This document shows, piece after piece, positions 46,051 to 59,621 of a DNA stretch of 64,000 nucleotides (the stretch's first letter is position 1; each line of letters starts with the position of its first letter). This DNA comes from Eledone cirrhosa. Taxonomy: Eukaryota. The notes beneath the pieces were generated by a model. That model worked only from the letters and a program-made list of their open reading frames with translations. It had not been told where the DNA came from and did not search any database. Location: positions 347,820,001 through 347,884,000 of the forward strand of contig OZ024741.1 in the NCBI GenBank assembly GCA_964016885.1, read 5' to 3'. A program made the position numbers and the translations under genes.

Positions 46051-48750
46051 GGAAGCACTTAGGAGTGGCAACGTAGCCAGCGTGCTAGCGAGGAGAACGG
46101 TCTTGGACCAGTTCGTCGACGCAAAGCATGAAGGTTGCGTTGTCAGAAGCAAAATAAGTGCTCTGGGAAACGAGGGAGCCAAAGCTTTTAGCTGGGCCCG
46201 GGTGACGGAGGAGAAAAGTGACAACAAGTCCACGATTCGGTCTTTAAAGGACCAGGACGGACGCGTTATACGTGAGCCGAAGCAGGTGTGCACGGCCTTT
46301 CAGCGGCACTTCGCTCAACTGTTCGTGCAGAGCGGCGCACCGGGAGGGGCTATGGATTTCGGTCCATACCTCGACATCCTACTGCGACTCTCGGATAGCG
46401 AGGCGAAGTTCTGCGAAAGGTCGATTTCGGCCGCTGAGATAGGGGACGCGCTGAGCCAATGCGACAAACGCAAAGCTCCAGGTCACGACGGTCTACCCTA
46501 CGAATTTTACGTAGCAATGCCGGTCTTGTTCTGCGGTCTCCTTGAAGCGGTCTGCTGCAACTGGCAGCAGAACGGGAGAATTCCCAGTTCTGTGACCAAG
46601 GGTGTAGTCACGTTAGTCACGAAGGACGAGAATAAGGGGGATGACATAGGCAACTTCCGGCCCATAACTCTGCTAAACACAGAGTTACATATTTTGGCCA
46701 AGGTGTTAGCAAAGAGGCTGCTGCTTGTCGTCGAAAACCTGGTGGGAGAAGCGCAGGCATGCGTAATCTCGACCAGGTCCATACACGATAACCTCTACCT
46801 CATGCGATACATCATAGAGAGGGTAGGGTGTAAACCCGGCTTCGATGGGGCCCTGATCGACCTGAAAACGTCTAAGGCTTTTCGATAAGGTTGACCATCG
46901 TTACCTGGATAGGATGCTCGAGGCGGCAGGCTACGGACCCGTGTTCAGGTGCTAGATTACTGCAATGCACGGCAGCAACATCTGCTCAAGAGTCAAGGTG
47001 AACGGCTACCTCTCGGAGCCGTTCTATATCACGCGATCCATTCGACAGGGATGGCCTCTCTCCTCCCTTCTGTACGTACTGACTCTCGATCCACTACTGT
47101 GGAGGTGGAGCTATTTCAGGGCATCCCTTTGGAACCAGGACTGCGAAAAGCGGCGCTGGCCTACGCAGCCGACGTGAAGGTAATGGTGTAGAGCACCTCG
47201 CAAATCGGGGAGTTCGGCACCTTAATGAAGGAATACGAAAGGTTCACAGGAGCGAGACTGAACCGGGACAAATCCGTCGGTTTGCAACTCGGAACGTGGA
47301 GAGGCAAACCGAGGCCTTCCGATGGCGTCGTCGGACCATGGACGGAAGGACCGGTAAAGCTGCTCGGGGTCTGGTTTTGTCCGGACCTCCAGGTGAAGAA
47401 ACTTGGAACGAGGTGACGGCCAAGGTGTTTGAGATCACCGAGTGCAAACTATCCTTGAAAGGTCGAGCGGAGGTGGCGAACACTTTTATAGCGTCGGTCA
47501 TCTACTACCGCTTGACCGTCGTGCCTTGTCCAGCCAAAACGCTCACCAAAATGGAGCGCGCGCTCTTCCAATTCCTTTGGAAGAAGCGGGCTCCTTTGGT
47601 GAGAAGATCCATCTGCTGCCAACACCCTCCAAACGGAGGGCTGCGGATGCCGTGGATGACGATGCGCAAAAACGCGCTCAGGCTGCGGCACCTCCACGTA
47701 TTCCTCACCGGAGAACCGGTGTGTGCCCTGTTCGTGAGGCGAGCATTCCCAGGTCTCGTCTCACTGACCGAGCTGCAGTCCTGTGTCAATCAAAGACCGA
47801 GAAAATGGGCGACTGGCACATCGAATGTGCTCAGGCGCTCACAGCCCTCTGGCATGCGGACCCGGCGATCAGTGGAGACTCTACTTCGTCATTCTATAGA
47901 CGGTTGGTCCGCAGCACGTGCGACGACGCGCTCGGAGAAACTCTAGGCGTAGAGGAAGACGAACTGGCAAGTCTCTACGGTAGAACTTTCCGCCCGGGAC
48001 CGATGGTCAACTTCCAAAAGACCCTGGCCTGGCAGTGCTACCGAGGAGCTCTATCAGTGTCTACAGACACGGGCGCCCGGGCAGGGACCCTTCGAAAAAG
48101 ATCTGTCCGAGATGCGTGCGCGACGAGGAAACCGTCGAGCACGCATTTGTACACTGCCCGGGCGTTACTGACCTGTGGGGCTCTGTAGAACGACTATTGT
48201 CGCGGGTGGGACCAATCCAGTTGACCACGGATTCCATTGTCATGATCAAACCGCCTCTCGCCTTCAAAAACGAAGGAGAGGCGTTTTCCTATGTGTCATG
48301 GCTATGGTGGTCGAGGTTATATGGTGGTCGAGGTTAAAAGGGCTGAGGTAAAACACCTTTCTCTCCGGCGAACAACTGTTTCGTTTTTTCAAATATCATT
48401 TTGGAAGAAGAATCAGGATGGAGAGAGAAATGCTGTACCCCAGCACATTTTATAAAAGGTGTGTGAATGTAGCAAAGATGGCCCGAGTGGTTGGGCCTTC
48501 TCTCTATATAAGCCTGTAGGCTGAGGGAAAAGAGAAAGAGAGGAAGGGAGTCCTCACTCTTGGTGCTCCTGGAGAAGAGGGTTGTACATTTGTTCGGGGT
48601 TTGTATAACCCCTGTGTAACGCCTGCCCCCTATTGGGGATTTCAATTGTTATTTGATATTTTATTAATAGTTTTATTTTCATATACCTGTATGTAAACTC
48701 CCCATTTGTATTTGTCCCCTTCTTTTGTGACCTTGTGACTACCATAGAAA
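46051..48750 (+). mobile_element. 5'-truncated Tx1-like copy (post-APE linker to 3' UTR), decayed
   Basis: EALRSGNVA..FRPITLLN..; complete 3' UTR followed by a TATC-rich tract. Confidence 0.88.
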
Positions 48751-48808
48751 TTTATCTATCTATCTATTTATCTATCCATTTATTTGTTCTCTCTCTATCT
48801 ATCTATCT

Positions 48809-49094
48809 CTGGGATGGACACACGCGTGAAACTTGCTGGGTAAGTTCTGCTTAAATATCTATAGGAATACTTGACTGTGAACCTTTATTTTTATACCAAT
48901 TTGTAGAGGGAATGTCAGGTAAAATTTGTATCTGTTCAGTCTCTCAAAATATTCTATGCCTTTAGGCGAAATAGTTCATGAAAAAACTTTTGGAAAAATT
49001 AAGGTTTTATAAAAAAAACGGCTGAAGCAACAGCTTCTTCACCAACATTCTTCACCAACATTCGAAGGAGGAAAGGGGAAGATATGCTTACTTC
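48809..49094 (+). mobile_element. 5' end only of a subfamily-A copy, closing the array
   Basis: GGGATGGACACACGCGT.. 5' UTR and the first ORF1 codons (ATG mutated). Confidence 0.85.
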
Positions 49095-49717
49095 TTGGTT
49101 GCCAAAACACATATATATCTGTGACTTTGTTTAGTTTGTATATGTAAATCTTTATATTTAATAATCTCCCATAAGGTTGAGATGCAATTTGGGCAATATT
49201 GGGCTGCGCTTTCTAGCAACCAACCCACTGGCCGTAAGCAACCAATCACATTCTTTTTGACTTGACCACTGCCACGTCACGATTCTTAGCCATTTTGAAT
49301 TCGTGTTTGGCGGGGACCACTTTAGAAAATAATCTGTCCTAACGAGTTTGTCTCCTGATGAGTTTGAAGCTCGAGATTTTGTCCTTAATAGGATATATCA
49401 AAATGCGAACGACACCCAAGGGTAGGGACATAATCCTGGTATGTATATAAACATTTCTAACTTTAATTTTATACCTAATTGGGTATGATTGACCGTATAT
49501 GTAATTGATTTCCACGTGCTATTGAAATGTTGGGTAAATATTCTATGGTGGTTGGCCGCGAAGATATTGCTGTCGTTTATTTATTTTCTATTTCTTCATA
49601 GGTGCCTTTTAATCTTATAGCCTGGTCTAATTGATTTTTTGTGGGGTGAATTATGCTAATTGGGAGAGGAAATGGTGTATATATATTATCAAATGATTCT
49701 ATGGACATACTTTATAG

Positions 49718-49764
<47 letters not shown>

Positions 49765-49814
49765 AAATGTGTGAGATCCTTGGTACAGTCAGGTATATTT
49801 GAAAAAAGGAAAAG

Positions 49815-50148
49815 AATGACTTCACTTATAGTGTTAACAAATTTTGATTTAATTTTAATATTATAATATTATGAGTTGGTAGATCTAGTAAGTTCTTTGT
49901 TAACTTCCGTGGGAAGAATTTTAAAGATTTCTGGTCTTATATATAGTCACACTCCTCAATACAGCCTGAACTCAGTTTGACAATCGCCACAGACGAAAGC
50001 GAGAAAGTTCTCCAACCCAAGTTAACTAGGAAGCTTTAAAATTCTTCCTACCGAAGTTAACAAAGAACTTACTAGATCTACCAACTCATAATATTAAAAT
50101 ATTATAAAATTAAATCAAAATTTTTTAACACTACAAGTGAAGTCATTT
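49815..50148. repeat. Inverted repeat, ~112 bp arms, ~105 bp spacer, near (TA)n tracts
   Basis: GAGTTGGTAGATCTAGTAAGTTCTTTGTTAACTT is mirrored at 50054-50087. Confidence 0.85.
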
Positions 50149-50242
50149 CATTATTTTCCTCTTTCATATATATACATATATATATTGTAGGTCGACTTTG
50201 CTTGCCCACAGCCAAAGCTTCGATTTTACTAAACCCCCAATG

Positions 50243-50339
<97 letters not shown>

Positions 50340-50449
50340 TGTCTGTGTGTGTATTTGTGTAATTAAGTATATATTATCACACTTTGTGAGGGTCATGCTG
50401 CCAATACAAAAAAGCACCAGTGAAGTTACACATCAATTGCTTATTATAA

Positions 50450-51450
50450 ATTTCAGTCAGTTAATTTAATAATCCGATGGTTGTTTGTATATTAATTTTC
50501 AACACTCTGTTATCCCATATTCTGTGAACTCTTCAATGACTACTTTTCTAATTTTGTGTCTCGCTTATGTGCTTTTATACACCATATTTTCATTGTGAGC
50601 TGTGTACGTGAACAGAAAATTCGGGTGTGATTGTATATCTCTTCTCCCTTTCCTACTTTTCACTATTTAGTAGTTATCCTGGATTTTCTATTCTGTGTGT
50701 GTTGGAGGATGATCTGTCTATGCCTCTTATAAGTTTTGTTTGTTTGTCTTTATATTGTTCATAGACACTATGTTATAAGGTTGTTATTAAAACATTAATG
50801 TTTCTATTTGTTTTCGTCGACGTTCATTCATAGATTGCTTCTGCAATCTTGTCGGATCATTGCATCTATTCGGCTTGTAGATGTAATTTTTACTTTGATG
50901 TTTTCTAGTGAGACGCCATCTAGCATGTTATTAGTACTGATACGTTTTTATCGTCGTGGAATAGTTGCCACTGTTCTTTCAACCATTTTCGATTGCTACT
51001 AACCGTCTCATATATATATATATGTTGTGGTAGTATTCTTAAATTCCTCCTTCGTGCATGTAACTTCTTTTTAGCAGGGTTTTTATGGGAATACCTGGAT
51101 TTTATACAACGTTAATATTCATCTAAAGATTTCCAAATCTGTTATTTGTTATTGTCATTACATGAGGTGACATTATTTATCTTCTTGCTTCTCTATCATA
51201 TTCGAAACATTGCTTATAAAATGGGGCAAGTTCCATTCACATTATGTTTTATGATGTTCATCCATTTATCCCTGAATCCTTTATATAGACAGAACGTGTC
51301 TCTGATTTTAAGCAAAGAACTATATGCGGTGGAAGAGGTGTTGTATGTTTCTCTTGTGTGCACGTATATAAAATGGTAATCAGTAACATCAAATTTGAGA
51401 ATTATAATGGAAACCATTAGCCCCATTTGACCAATTTCAAAGCAGGTTAG
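50450..51450 (-). pseudogene. Possible very old PLE RT-thumb/GIY-YIG remnant
   Basis: Only a weak peptide resemblance (AYSSLLKIRDTFCLYKGFRDK). Confidence 0.25.
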
Positions 51451-51581
51451 TCGGTTATGTCACTGAATATTTTCTTCATAAAAATAAATTCTATATACTA
51501 TTAAGTTTAATTAATTCAATTTTGTTAATGACAGAATTTTAAATAGCTTTATATTTAATAAAACATGCGAGTGGAATGTAT

Positions 51582-51636
<55 letters not shown>

Positions 51637-51754
51637 CAGTTGAAGGCTTAGTAAAATATGTATATATACATACATATGTATATATATATATATATATATG
51701 TATTTTTTTTTTTTCATATGTTCATGTTCACAACAGGGCAGAACGCTATTTTTC

Positions 51755-51802
<48 letters not shown>

Positions 51803-52320
51803 GAAAAATAGCGTTCTGCCTTTTTGTCCCTCATCAGTAGTCTGCTGATTATCGTAGGTATTTCTTCGCATTAAAGACTAGATACCTAAAATCAGTGCGA
51901 GCGATAACTAAATTTAGTTATCGGGACAGAGTAAAACAGAGGAAAGGGAACAAACAACATGGTAGTAAAGCAACGTAAAGAGAGAAAAAGAGAGACAAGT
52001 CAATGAATCTTGTGGGCTAAAGTCCGACAAATCAAATTGACGAGAAGAAATAGACACGAGCCACGAAAAGATTGAGGGAGGAAAGAAATTCAAGCAGGTC
52101 AGACGGGAGAAAGTGAGAGAGGTGAATAGCAGAGAGGAAGTGAGTGAAAGTGTGAGGAAGAGGCCAGCCGAGAGTGTGTGACCAGCAGCGGGAGTGGAGG
52201 AAGGCAAGAGGTGAAGGAGAGAGAAGGGGGAGAGAGAAAAAAGGGTAAACAGTAAGGTGAAAGAAATATATATATATAGAGTAATAAATGTGAAGACTAA
52301 AATCCAAAGAGGGTTCGTTA

Positions 52321-52380
<60 letters not shown>

Positions 52381-52508
52381 AAGTTATATTTAAAATTGTT
52401 GGGTTACAACTAGTAAATATTTATAACTGATATAAAAGCACTCGACAAATACTTGGAGTATATTTACAATATTAAATAAATGGAAAACTATATTTATAAA
52501 ACCATATT

Positions 52509-52574
52509 TATTTCATTATATATATTTCGGGGATATCATATTAACAATATGCTATGCCTTCATCAGACAAAATA
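52509..52574 (-). ncRNA. Type I hammerhead ribozyme
   Basis: UAUUUUGU-CUGAUGA-A-stem II-GAAA-UAUAUA-UA|AUGAAAUA. Confidence 0.82.
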
Positions 52575-52937
52575 CAATATAAACAGTTTTATAGATAAAT
52601 ATATTCGACATACCGTAATAAACATCAACTTCATTTGAAGAGGTTCACTCTAGCAGTGAAAATACAGAGAGAAAGAAAGAGAGAGAGAAAAGAGGGAAAT
52701 AAGAAAGAAAGAAAGACGAAACGAAGAAAAGGAAGAAAAAGAAGAAAAAGAAGAAATGCATGGGACAAAATAGAGAGATGGAAAAATAGATAAAGCGAAG
52801 AGCTTCATGTAAAGAGACCGAAAGAGATATATATATATATATAGAGAGAGGAAATAGAGATAGATACATATATAAATATAGATATAGAAAAATTAGGTAG
52901 TGGGAGGTCATTTTGAGTAAGTGTATCAATGATGCAT

Positions 52938-52972
<35 letters not shown>

Positions 52973-54065
52973 GCTCAAGTATTAATGTAAGGGAGATATA
53001 GAGAGATATAGAGAGATATAGAGAGAGAAAAATTTAAAAATAGCCAGACATATTCGAGGCGTAGAAAACCCTATGTTTTAATGTATTAGTATTTATAAAA
53101 CTTACACTATATTGTAAATATCAGTATTCCTGAATGAAACAAGTATTCACAATGCGTGAAAATTCATTATCTTATGTTTAGTTTTTTAAAAAATTCATAT
53201 GTCTATGTGAATCCAACTGATTCACTCCGCAAATTCAAAGTTACCGGAAAACATTCTCAATGTGGCATAAACATTTGAGCGTATTATTATTCTTGCGATT
53301 ACTCTACAAGATTATCTATCAAGCAGAAATAGAGAGCAGATTTCAATATACTAATCGAAAATATATATTATATTATAAGCAGAGATAACAATAATAATGA
53401 TAATAAGTAAAAATATATAAAAATATAAAAATATAGAATAGAAAACTAAAAAAGAATATTACGAAAGAATATTACATAATAAAAATATTGCATATTAAAA
53501 ATACTATGTTTTAAAATTATTACGTATTAAAACTTTACATATAAAAATATTAAAAATAAAAATAAAATAAAATAAAAAATAAAAAATAAAAATATAAAAA
53601 TATTATAGAATACTACAATACTAAAAGAATAAAAATAAAAATAAAAATAAAAATAAAAATAAAAATAAAATAAAAATAAAAAATAAACCACAAAGAACAA
53701 CCCTTCAAGGTTAATTGACAATATATTGCCAAGTTCACTACAAGACAAAGCCAAAAATTATCTATCAAATCACATCTAGCAAGGAATATCGCAAAAAAAA
53801 AGGTTATGATGTCCAATAATGTCTACATATGTTCCTATATTTAATATATAAGTTTATCAAGTGTAAGGTTAATTCATAAAATTTGGAGCATCGGCTTTTA
53901 GGGTAGCTTAATTTTTCATGAGGAATGTTTAGATAAAAATAAAAATAAAAAATAAAAATAAAAATAAATACAATAAAATAAACAGTAAAAAGAGGGAATC
54001 AAAGATTTAGGAATCAAAAGATTTATCGGCTAGTTCTCATATAAATATAAATCAAACTAAATATA

Positions 54066-56275
54066 CTACATTTTAAATTTAAATTTATATTTAAACGTTG
54101 AGTTTAATCTATGTTTGCAACAACTGAATAAATTTGTCCGTAGGTTAAGGGAATTTTTAGATTTTAGTATAAAGAATATCTCCTCTGCGCAGAGGTCACA
54201 TGTCTCAGAGGATGAATTAAAAGGAATCCCTCTTGAGACTATATTCCAAGCCGTCGAATATCTAACGTTATCTAGCTTAAGTTGCCAGAGTACACCTGAT
54301 AGTGCCGTTGAAGATTTTTTATTTGGATCTGTGAAAGAATTCTTGTGGTTATTATAGCGAAGTTTAAATTCCGTCGATGTGGAACCGACGTAGTTAAAAG
54401 AATTAGAGTCAGTATTAACATTACAATTGTATACTATATTTTTAACTAAGCAGTTGTTATTTAACGGACATTTAGATCTATCTCTACAGTTGCATTTGTT
54501 AACTTGTATATTATTTATGCTATTATCAGTAGTTTTTAAGTTCCTATTATTTATTCTATTAATATTTTGTGCTAAATTTTTGGTGGATGAATAGGTTAAT
54601 TTAATTGTATGCCTATTGAAGATTGAGTGGTACCTATGTGTTCTAGGGAAGCGATTATCAAGAGCTTTGAAAAATAATTTAGCGATGTGGGTTTTAATGT
54701 TTAGTGAGAAAGGGGGGGCAAACCAAATTATGTTCCTAGTTCTATTTCTTTTTTGTCCTTTGGAATTATTGTAATGCTTTCTATTATAGTTGTTAATGTT
54801 GTTGCCATAATTAAAAAAGTTGTTACTTTGTTTAGTTTGTTTATCATTATCTATGTACACAATCTTATCAGCATACCCTGCCCTAGCTAGTGCATCATTA
54901 TAGTATTGGGCCTTTTCGTCAAAAATCTTTCTATTCGACGAGATCCTAGAGATACGCTTTTGGACTGAGTTTACTATAGTGTTTTTGACAGATCTGGGGT
55001 GGTTAGAGTTAAAGTTGACATAGTTTAAGTTTTCATTCAACTTGTGAAAAGGATAGTGGAGACATGTGTTGAGATTTAATGTTATATCTAGGAAATTGAC
55101 TATTCTATGGTTGTTCTCAATTTCTATTTTAAGGTTAAAGTAATTAAAAAATTTTGTAATTTGTTTACATTTTCTATTTAGTTCAGGGTTATTATTATTA
55201 ATGAGTAAAAGCATGTCATCCCTATATAAACCTCCGGTAGTACCAGGTATTTTCCTATGTAGCGAATTGATTAAAAATAAGCCCACAAGGTCAGTTACTT
55301 GAGCTGAGTCGGAAGATCCCATAGTTATGTCAAAATTGCTATCTCTATCTGCTCTGGTCCATAATTTGTCATCAAATTCTATCAAAGTTTTCCTAGCCGA
55401 TAATATAATATGCATTTCTTTGCTAGTTAGGTCCGTATGTTTGAATGCGTAATTTAGTGCCTTATTTAGTAGACTAGGGGTAATAGAAGAATAATAGTTA
55501 GCTATATCAAGTTGAATAAACCTATTATTATTGTCATATTTAATTTGCCTAAACCACTCAACCACCTCTCCGGTTCCCTTCCACAAGCTCAGGTTAGATA
55601 CATAATCCAAGTTCTTAATTTGCAGTATCACCCTGTCAAGAATGTTTTTGCTTAATTTGCCCAGGTCCGATTTTGAAGGTGCGATTAATCTAACTGGCAG
55701 GTCAATCTCAAAATTCCTCTTGTGGTCCTTCATATTGATCTTCGGTTTCCTGGGCACAAAAGGTTGTGTTCTGTTCTCAATTTCCAACTCATGCATTATA
55801 CAAGATGCTTCAACATTCATTTTCACAAGTTCGGTCTTATCTGCTACCTTGTATTTTTTCCTCAGCTCTTTCAGTATGAGGCCATTATACATGTCTTTCT
55901 GCACTCCATAGAGGTTGTTGGTCTTGTCAGATTTCACCAAGATCTTCTCAGTTTTCTCTAAGCTCTCAATGTTATCCTTAATGCCTTTCAGATATTCCTG
56001 GCCTTTAAAGTTTCTCTTGAATTTGACCCCTTGTATGATAGAAATTATATCGTTTTCAAAGTCAGATAAAAGTTTGTTAGGGGGTGGATTTCTTTTAGAT
56101 TTGAAAACTTTGTTTAAGTCCGAGATATTTTCGTCTGCATTAAATTTATCAAAGTGGAATGCACGCCACCTGATTCTCCTTATAAAAGAGTCAGATTTAT
56201 CTATTAGTTGTTTTACAAAGTCTTTGTTTCTAGGTAGAGGTATGTCTTTTAGAGAGGAAGTAATCTTAAAGAATT

Positions 56276-56279
<4 letters not shown>
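54066..56279 (-). CDS. PLE polyprotein, 737 aa: reverse transcriptase + GIY-YIG endonuclease
   Basis: KSDKT, FIQLDIANYYSSI, ITMGS, LYRDD, NFLDI, SNHP, CNCRDRSKC linker, IVY..YVGST..FKLRYNNH, CDLC, CKH. No stops. Confidence 0.93.
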
Positions 56280-56308
<29 letters not shown>

Positions 56309-56314
<6 letters not shown>

Positions 56315-57700
56315 TGTTTAACAAGGTTCAATGAATAAAGTTTCACAATAGATTATAAGCACTCTACATAAGGTTGTCTGGAGTTATTAATATTACTTCA
56401 AAATATTAATAAATATAGGCATTCATGTGATCAAATATATTTTATTCTATATATTTCAGAGATACTGAGCTATTTCAACAGTACGTCCTCATCAGATAAA
56501 ATAAGTTGATGCTTGACATACCTTGACTATGTTGATGGTTATAATTTAGTCATGGCAGTGATTAGTTATGACAAAACTCGATATTTATATACATTAAGTT
56601 GAAACATGTAAAATTATATATAATACAGAGTGTCGTATGAAAATGTGTAAAAAGATATATAAATAATTAATAATATATAATACATAAACTTTTATAACTG
56701 TTAAAAATTTAAGTATTAATTACATATTCATACCTCATTATTGTTGATAGTGGAAGTGATAGATCGAGATAGCAAATCATGAGGAAAGAGAGAAAAAGAG
56801 AAATAAAAGAGATTTGTTCATAGGAACAAGAGAAGGGAGAAATGATCGAATGATGGAGAGAGGAAACTAAGTTAAATAGGTCATTTGATTCAATTAACTT
56901 AAGATTTGAAAATAAACGGTCAAGCATTATTCTTTCCCCCTATCTAATTATACGCTATTTACATGTTACAATACATATCTCCCTCCCATTGATTATACGA
57001 TTTAACTTAGTTTCCTCTCTCTATCATTTGATCATTTCTCCTTGCTCTTGTTCCAATGATCAAATGTCCTTTTTATTTTTTTCTCTTTTTCTCTCTTTCC
57101 TCATGATTTGCTATCTCGATCTATCACTTCCACTATCAACAATAATTGTTTCTACTTTAGGCACAAGGCCAGCAATTAACCAGTGCATTACTGGTACTTT
57201 ATTTTATCGACCCCATAAGGATGAAAGGCAAATCAACCTCGGCGGGATTTGAACTCAGATCGTAAAGGGACGTAACTATGCTACAAAGCATGGCGTCCGA
57301 CCCTCTACCGATACTGCCAATCCACCGCCCTTTATCCACTATCAACAATAATGAGGTATGAATATATTATTATTATTTAAATTTTTAACAGTTATAGAAG
57401 TTTATGTATTATATATTATTAATTATTTATATATCTTTTTACCCATTCTCCTACGACCCTCTGTATTATATGTCATATTTCATGTTTCAACTTAAGGTAA
57501 ATAAATATCGAGTTTTGTCATAACTAATCACTGCCTTAACTAAATTATAACCATCAACATACTCAAGGTATGTCAAGCATCAACCTATTTTATCTGATGA
57601 GGACGTACTGTTGAAATAGCTCAGTATCTCTGAAATATGTATAATAAAATATATTTGATCACATGAATGCCTATATTTATTAATATTTTGAATTAATATT
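56309..57700. mobile_element. Head-to-head inverted pLTR-like pair (arms ~56385-56878 and 57000-57700) with hammerhead-like cores (56465-56502 -, 57586-57630 +)
   Basis: Reverse-complement arms; CTGATGAGGACGTACTGTTGAAATAGCTC. (TA)n on both sides. Confidence 0.85.
57147..57334 (-). mobile_element. tRNA-derived SINE (Octopus-type) with 18-bp target-site duplication
   Basis: A box TGGCAGTATCGG, B box GAGTTCAAATCCC. TSD TCCACTATCAACAATAAT at 57129-57146 and 57335-57352. A 3' fragment also occurs at 57945-57975. Confidence 0.88.
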
Positions 57701-57706
57701 ATATAT

Positions 57707-57916
<210 letters not shown>

Positions 57917-58150
57917 GTAATCTGAGTTTTTCGAATATTAATAATTGTTTCTACTTTTGGCACAAGGCCAGTAATTATCCCAACTTCAATTTTAAAGCCA
58001 TGTCAGTAGAATGAGCCCCTCATTCTTGCTCCTGTGTTTGCATATTGAGGTTGTTTGCATAATTGCAAACGAATCGAATATTATTATTAATTCTCGAAAA
58101 ACTCAGATTACTTTTATTGTATTCAGCCATGTAGAACGAAAATAATGTAT

Positions 58151-58189
<39 letters not shown>

Positions 58190-58260
58190 CATATATATAT
58201 ATACATTTTTTTCGTTCTACATAAAGATAAAGAATCTTGCTAAACAAATTCAGAAAAGAA

Positions 58261-58427
<167 letters not shown>

Positions 58428-58516
58428 AACAAGTATGACCCCGACGGCTATATCTGGTATTGAATACTTTGGTTCGTTATGGTCCATCTGGTTCCCTACC
58501 TCAATTCCTTCGTTAA

Positions 58517-58550
<34 letters not shown>

Positions 58551-58704
58551 GGATACTATTTATGGTTATGTATATACTAAAACTTTTTATAGTTATGTAT
58601 ATTTAAAACCCTAAACAGTGAACGTCAGTAATTTATTACTACCTTATTACCAGTAAGATAAATAGCTTAATGTAATAAACATCAGTTGTTCTACAGAGCA
58701 GTTA

Positions 58705-59569
58705 TATAGAATTCACAAGAATCAAAGCTATGTTCAAAGCATTTATTCACTTACAATTGTTTCACCCAAACCCAGGCTTGGAGTCTTCGGGGCATTTTTC
58801 AATGTTTGTACACATAATTGACCTCCTTTCCAACGCAAGAGACATACAGATACATATATATATATATATATTGATGTCCAGTGGAGTGACATATATTATA
58901 CTATATTATTTCTGCATAGCAATTCAAATTCAAAATCAAAATCAAAATTAAAATTAAAACAAAATTAAATTAAAATACATTCGGCAGTTAACACAGATAA
59001 TGCAAGAGGATAGTTTGTTAGTCAGATGTAGTAGTTAGTGTATGCGTTAGTTACACGTGGGGCATGCAAGTGTGTCTCATTTATATATGATTATTGTTTG
59101 GCAGGGTGTTACATGTAATACAAGCACTTTAAGCGGGTAAGTAAGAGTATTATGGTGGATGTAGTGGTAAGGTATTTTTTGTATATAATAAAAAAAAGTA
59201 TGTGTGCAGAAAAATAAAAAATAAAAAGGAGAAGCAAAAGAAAGTTATGGTTTTTGTATCCACCACCATTTTCACATTCAGGAAAAGTAATAAATAGTTT
59301 TTACATACATCACATAAGTAACGATGGTTCCGTATTGGATGTTTGATGCATTAAATTAAATTATTTTAGCTTATTGCAGCTCAGTGTTATTTAATCCAAA
59401 TTTATAGAATAAGTTGATTCTGCTGCGGGAATTTACAGCAGTTTTTTATCCAGAAGTATGTGTGTAATTAAGGGGAGTTAATGCGTAAGCGGAGGTAGTT
59501 ACCAAGCCTAGGTTTGGATGAAACAATTGTAGGTGAATAAATGCTTTGAACATAGCTTTGATTCTTGTG

Positions 59570-59577
<8 letters not shown>
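58705..59577. mobile_element. ~870 bp cassette with ~75 bp terminal inverted repeats containing a hammerhead-like motif (58748-58797, minus)
   Basis: 58705-58780 mirrors 59502-59577. Minus strand CCGAAGA-C UCCAAGCC UG GGUUUGGG U-GAAA-CAAUUG-UA. Confidence 0.7.

Positions 59578-59621
<44 letters not shown>

Larger units (their letters stand above)
52378..56279 (-). mobile_element. Penelope-like element with complete ORF and ~1.7 kb 3' region, (TA)n at both ends (Hydra-clade-like)
   Basis: Intact ORF, hammerhead and tail motif near the 3' end. Confidence 0.85.

Noticed and set aside
26201-48645. Recurrent antisense ORFs (e.g. MFATSARPF..) within the LINE copies
   Set aside because: Shadows of GC-rich ORF2, repeated only because ORF2 is repeated.
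23658-49094. Segmental duplication, or a CRISPR-like repeat-spacer interpretation of the array
   Set aside because: Units belong to distinct subfamilies with different truncation points and decay. Separators are simple microsatellites in eukaryotic DNA.
49350-49400. CTGATGAG..CTCGAGA hammerhead-like core; similar partial cores at 51825-51840, 60885-60920, 16020-16070 and 18398-18425
   Set aside because: GAAA or stem I is missing. At most decayed ribozymes.
58705-59577. MITE/DNA transposon interpretation of the inverted repeats
   Set aside because: The repeats contain a hammerhead half and follow the PLE fold-back polarity, and no TSD is discernible. Not fully excluded.
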